Positions 60,631-64,000 of a stretch of DNA of 64,000 bases are shown here, piece by piece. Position 1 is the first letter of the stretch; every line of letters starts with the position of its first letter. Source of the stretch: an uncultured Chloroflexia bacterium. Lineage in GTDB: Bacteria > Chloroflexota > Limnocylindria > Limnocylindrales > CSP1-4. The notes under the pieces are model-generated. The model was given only the letters and a program-made list of their open reading frames with translations. It made no database searches and was not told the DNA's origin. Both the position numbers and the translations under genes were made by a program. Location: NCBI GenBank assembly GCA_963752475.1, contig CAVVYR010000007.1, positions 384,001 to 448,000 of the forward strand. Direction: 5' to 3'.

Positions 60631-63600
60631 GTGCCCATCGCTCCCAATGATTTCGTCCATCTGCACGTCCACTCCGAGTTCAGCTTGCTCGATGGGCTCG
60701 GCCGCATCAACGACCTCGTCAGTGAAGCCTCGGCGCACGGATTCGACGCCCTCGCGCTGACCGACCACGGCTCCCTGTACGGCGCCATGGCCTTCTACCA
60801 GGCCTGCAAGAAGAAGCAGATCAAGCCGATCATCGGCGTCGAGGCCTACGTCGCGCGCAAGTCGATGTACGACCGTGAAGGACGTTCGGAGCAGAACTAC
60901 ACGCACATCACGCTCTGGGCCCAGGACTGGGGCGGCTACCAGAACCTCTGCCGCATCATCACCGAGGCCCACCTCGACGGCTACTACTACAAGCCGCGCC
61001 TCGACCGCCAGCTCCTGAACAAGTACCGCCAGGGCATCCTCGCCGGTTCCGCCTGTCTGGGCGGCGAGATCGCCAAGCTCCTCGAGGTCGACGACTTCGA
61101 GCGTGCGCGCAAGGTCGTCGGCGAGTACCGCGACATCCTCGGCCCGGAGGGCTTCTGGCTGGAGATGATGGACGACGGCCTCAAAGAGCAACAGGCGTTG
61201 AACCCCAAGCTCCTGCGCCTGAGCCAGGAGACCGGCGCCGGTGTCGTCGCCACCCACGACCTCCACTACGTGCGCCAGGACCAGCACGAGGCGCACGACG
61301 CGCTGCTCTGCATCGGCACGGGCAGCAACCTCGACACGCCCAACCGGCTGCGGTTCGAGTCGGATCAGTTCTACCTCAAGACCGCGGCGGAGATGGAGCA
61401 GCTCTTCAGGGACGTGCCGGAGGCCATCGCCAACAGCAAGCGCATCGCGGAGATGACCGACCTCCAGATCACCTTCGGCGAGCTGCGCCTGCCGCACTTC
61501 CCGGTGCCCGATGGCCACTCGGTCGAGTCATGGCTGCGCGAGGAGTGCGAGCGCGGGCTTCGGCAGCGCTACGGCGAGATCACCGACGTGCTCCAGGAGC
61601 GCCTCGACTACGAGCTGGGGATCATCATCTCGATGGGCTATGCCGCCTACTTCCTGATCGTGGCCGATTTCGTGCGCTACGCCAAGGACGAGGGCATCGC
61701 CACCACCTGCCGAGGCTCCGCGCCGGGCTCGATCGTGACCTACACGCTGGGCATCACGCCGGTCGACCCTATCCACTACGGCCTGCCCTTCGAGCGGTTC
61801 CTCAACCCCGACCGCGTGACGATGCCCGACATCGATGTCGACTTCGAAGACGCCCGTCGCGACGAGGTCATCAACTACGTCACGCGCAAGTACGGCCAGG
61901 ACCACGTGGCTCAGATCATCACCTTCGGCACGATGCTGGCCAAGGCCGCCATCCGTGACGTTGGCCGCGTCATGGGCTACGGCTACGGCGAGGTGGACCG
62001 CATCGCCAAGGCCGTCCCGGACCAGCTCGGCATCACGCTCGACGAGGCCCTGGTCCAGGCGCCGCCCCTGCGCGAGATGTACGAGGGCGACCAGGGCATC
62101 CACAAGATGATCGACATCGCCAAGCAGCTGGAGGGTGTGGCCCGCAACGCCTCCACGCACGCTGCCGGCATCGTCATCAGCCGCGAGCCACTGACCGAGC
62201 TCATGCCGCTGCAGCGCGCGACCAACAGCGAAGCCCTCATGACCCAGTACGAGATGCACGGGGTCGAGGCGCTGGGCCTGCTGAAGTTCGACTTCCTGGG
62301 TCTCTCGAACCTGACCATCCTGCGCCAGGCGGTCGACCTCATCCGCGATCACGCCGGCGTCGATATCGACCTCGACGAGATCCCGCTCGACGACGCCAAG
62401 ACGTTCAAGCTCCTGAGCCAGGGCGAAACGACCGGCGTGTTCCAGCTGGAGTCGGCGGGCATGCGCCGCTACATCAAGGAGTTGCGGCCGACGTCGGTCT
62501 ACGACCTCGCGGCCATGGTGGCGCTCTTCCGCCCCGGCCCCATGGACAACATCCCCGCCTACATCCGCCGCAAGCATGGGCAGGAGAAGGTCAGCTATCC
62601 GCACCCCCTGCTCGAGCCGTACCTGGAGAAGACCTACGGGATCTTCGTCTACCAGGAGGACATCATGTCCGCGGCCATCGCCCTCGGTGGCTTCACCGGC
62701 CCGGAGGCGGACACGCTCGGCTACGCCATCCGCAAGAAGAAGTCGGACGTGCTCCAGGCGCAGAAGGAGAAGTTCTTCCGCCAGGCCGCCGAGCGCGGCA
62801 TCGAAGCCGGCGTCATCGAGTCCATCTTCAAGGCCTTCGAGCCCTTCGAGCGCTACGGCTTCAACAAGGCCCATGCCACCTGCTACGGCCTCATCGCCTA
62901 CCAGACCGCGTATCTGAAGGCCAACTACCCGGTCGAGTACATGACCAGCGTGCTCACCGCCTTCCGGGACAAGACCGAGAAGGTCGCCGGTGCCATCGCC
63001 GAGTGCAACCGCCTGGGCATCGAGGTGCTGGGACCGGACGTCCGCAACAGCTTCGTCGACTTCACCGTCGAGGGCGACTCCATCCGCTTCGGGCTGCTGG
63101 CGGTCAAGAACGTGGGCGAGAACGCGATCAAGTCGATCATCGCCGCGCGCGAGGACGGTGGCGAGTTCGGTTCGCTGGCGGACCTCTGCGCCCGGGTCGA
63201 CCTGCGGCTCGTCAACAAGCGCGTGATGGAGGCGCTCATCAAGGTCAACGCCCTCGCCTTCCTGGGGCATCCCGCGCAGCTGATGGCCGGGCTCGACGAG
63301 GCCATGGCCTACGGCCAGGCGCAGGCGCGCGACCGAGTGACCGGCCAGGGCTCGCTGTTCGACATGCTCGGCTCAGCGGAGGACTCGGGCCTCACGCAGC
63401 GGCTGCCGACGGTGACCGAGGCGCCCTCGCGCGAGCGGCTGCGCTGGGAGAAGGAGCTCCTGGGGTTGTACCTCTCCGACCATCCGCTGAGCGAGCTGGC
63501 CGAGGAGATGGGTGGCTACGTCAACACCTGGACCGGCGACATCGGGGCCGACCTCGACCAGGAGCGCGTGGTCGTGGGCGGCATGGCCGTGGGCATCCGG

Positions 63601-64000
63601 CGTGTCATCACGCGCAACAAGGAGTCGATGGCGGTCGTGACCCTGGAGGACATGCAGGGCTCGACCGACGTCGTCATCTTCCCGCGCACGTATGCCGAGG
63701 CCGGTGTGGCCGAGAAGCTGACCGACGACGCGGTGCTGCTGGTCGCCGGTCGGGTCGATCACAAGGGCGACGAGACCGTCGTGTTGGCCGATTCGGTCTG
63801 GACCTGGGATGAGGCCACCGAAAAGGGCGTGTCCGTCTTTGGCCAGGAGGTCGCGGCAGGTGACCGAGGGCGCGGCCGCCGGAGGCGCAATGGCAACGGC
63901 CGGGGCAGGGGAGGCGCCGGCAACGGTTCGAACGGGAGGAGTGCACCTGGCGGTGCCGCCCCCACGGCCGAGGCGCCCAAACCGGCCGAGACGCTGGTCA
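60631..64000 (+). CDS. dnaE: DNA polymerase III alpha subunit, 3' end outside window
   Basis: Manual translation: FVHLHVHSEFSLLDG, TDHG, RGSAPGS, FERFLNPDRVTMPDIDVDF, KFDFLGL, YGFNKAH. Confidence 0.98.
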   Translation, partial: MPIAPNDFVHLHVHSEFSLLDGLGRINDLVSEASAHGFDALALTDHGSLYGAMAFYQACKKKQIKPIIGVEAYVARKSMYDREGRSEQNYTHITLWAQDWGGYQNLCRIITEAHLDGYYYKPRLDRQLLNKYRQGILAGSACLGGEIAKLLEVDDFERARKVVGEYRDILGPEGFWLEMMDDGLKEQQALNPKLLRLSQETGAGVVATHDLHYVRQDQHEAHDALLCIGTGSNLDTPNRLRFESDQFYLKTAAEMEQLFRDVPEAIANSKRIAEMTDLQITFGELRLPHFPVPDGHSVESWLREECERGLRQRYGEITDVLQERLDYELGIIISMGYAAYFLIVADFVRYAKDEGIATTCRGSAPGSIVTYTLGITPVDPIHYGLPFERFLNPDRVTMPDIDVDFEDARRDEVINYVTRKYGQDHVAQIITFGTMLAKAAIRDVGRVMGYGYGEVDRIAKAVPDQLGITLDEALVQAPPLREMYEGDQGIHKMIDIAKQLEGVARNASTHAAGIVISREPLTELMPLQRATNSEALMTQYEMHGVEALGLLKFDFLGLSNLTILRQAVDLIRDHAGVDIDLDEIPLDDAKTFKLLSQGETTGVFQLESAGMRRYIKELRPTSVYDLAAMVALFRPGPMDNIPAYIRRKHGQEKVSYPHPLLEPYLEKTYGIFVYQEDIMSAAIALGGFTGPEADTLGYAIRKKKSDVLQAQKEKFFRQAAERGIEAGVIESIFKAFEPFERYGFNKAHATCYGLIAYQTAYLKANYPVEYMTSVLTAFRDKTEKVAGAIAECNRLGIEVLGPDVRNSFVDFTVEGDSIRFGLLAVKNVGENAIKSIIAAREDGGEFGSLADLCARVDLRLVNKRVMEALIKVNALAFLGHPAQLMAGLDEAMAYGQAQARDRVTGQGSLFDMLGSAEDSGLTQRLPTVTEAPSRERLRWEKELLGLYLSDHPLSELAEEMGGYVNTWTGDIGADLDQERVVVGGMAVGIRRVITRNKESMAVVTLEDMQGSTDVVIFPRTYAEAGVAEKLTDDAVLLVAGRVDHKGDETVVLADSVWTWDEATEKGVSVFGQEVAAGDRGRGRRRRNGNGRGRGGAGNGSNGRSAPGGAAPTAEAPKPAETLV

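Noticed and set aside
60631-64000. Intein in dnaE
   Set aside because: The YGFNKAH region and other motifs are contiguous, and the length is normal.

Overview
A very GC-rich bacterial chromosome segment. Gene content and style suggest Chloroflexota or an actinobacterium-like lineage (inference only). Positions ~1-38 kb are mostly housekeeping and transport: an RTX-repeat secreted protein, an ECF sigma/anti-sigma pair, a thioesterase, an adenylate cyclase-ATPase, CIRCE-groES-groEL, tdk, pcrA, an ABC-2 exporter, ligA, gatC-gatA/gatB, a BMP nucleoside-type ABC importer and an M14 carboxypeptidase. Positions 38.4-60.5 kb form a cell-surface locus: two tandem near-identical giant repeat adhesin genes (15 vs 9 Ig-like ~109-118 aa repeats) ending in a non-LPxTG sorting-like tail, a convergent sortase-fold gene with Ser in place of the catalytic Cys (LQTS), an HD-GYP regulator, an acyltransferase and a subtilase-GH25 muramidase fusion. 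The two adhesins and the subtilase-GH25 gene share a ~520 bp almost identical cassette starting at the predicted signal-peptide cleavage site (two direct copies, one inverted). dnaE runs off the right end. Many genes look leaderless. Numerous single-base frameshifts suggest long-read assembly errors, so some coordinates are reconstructed.
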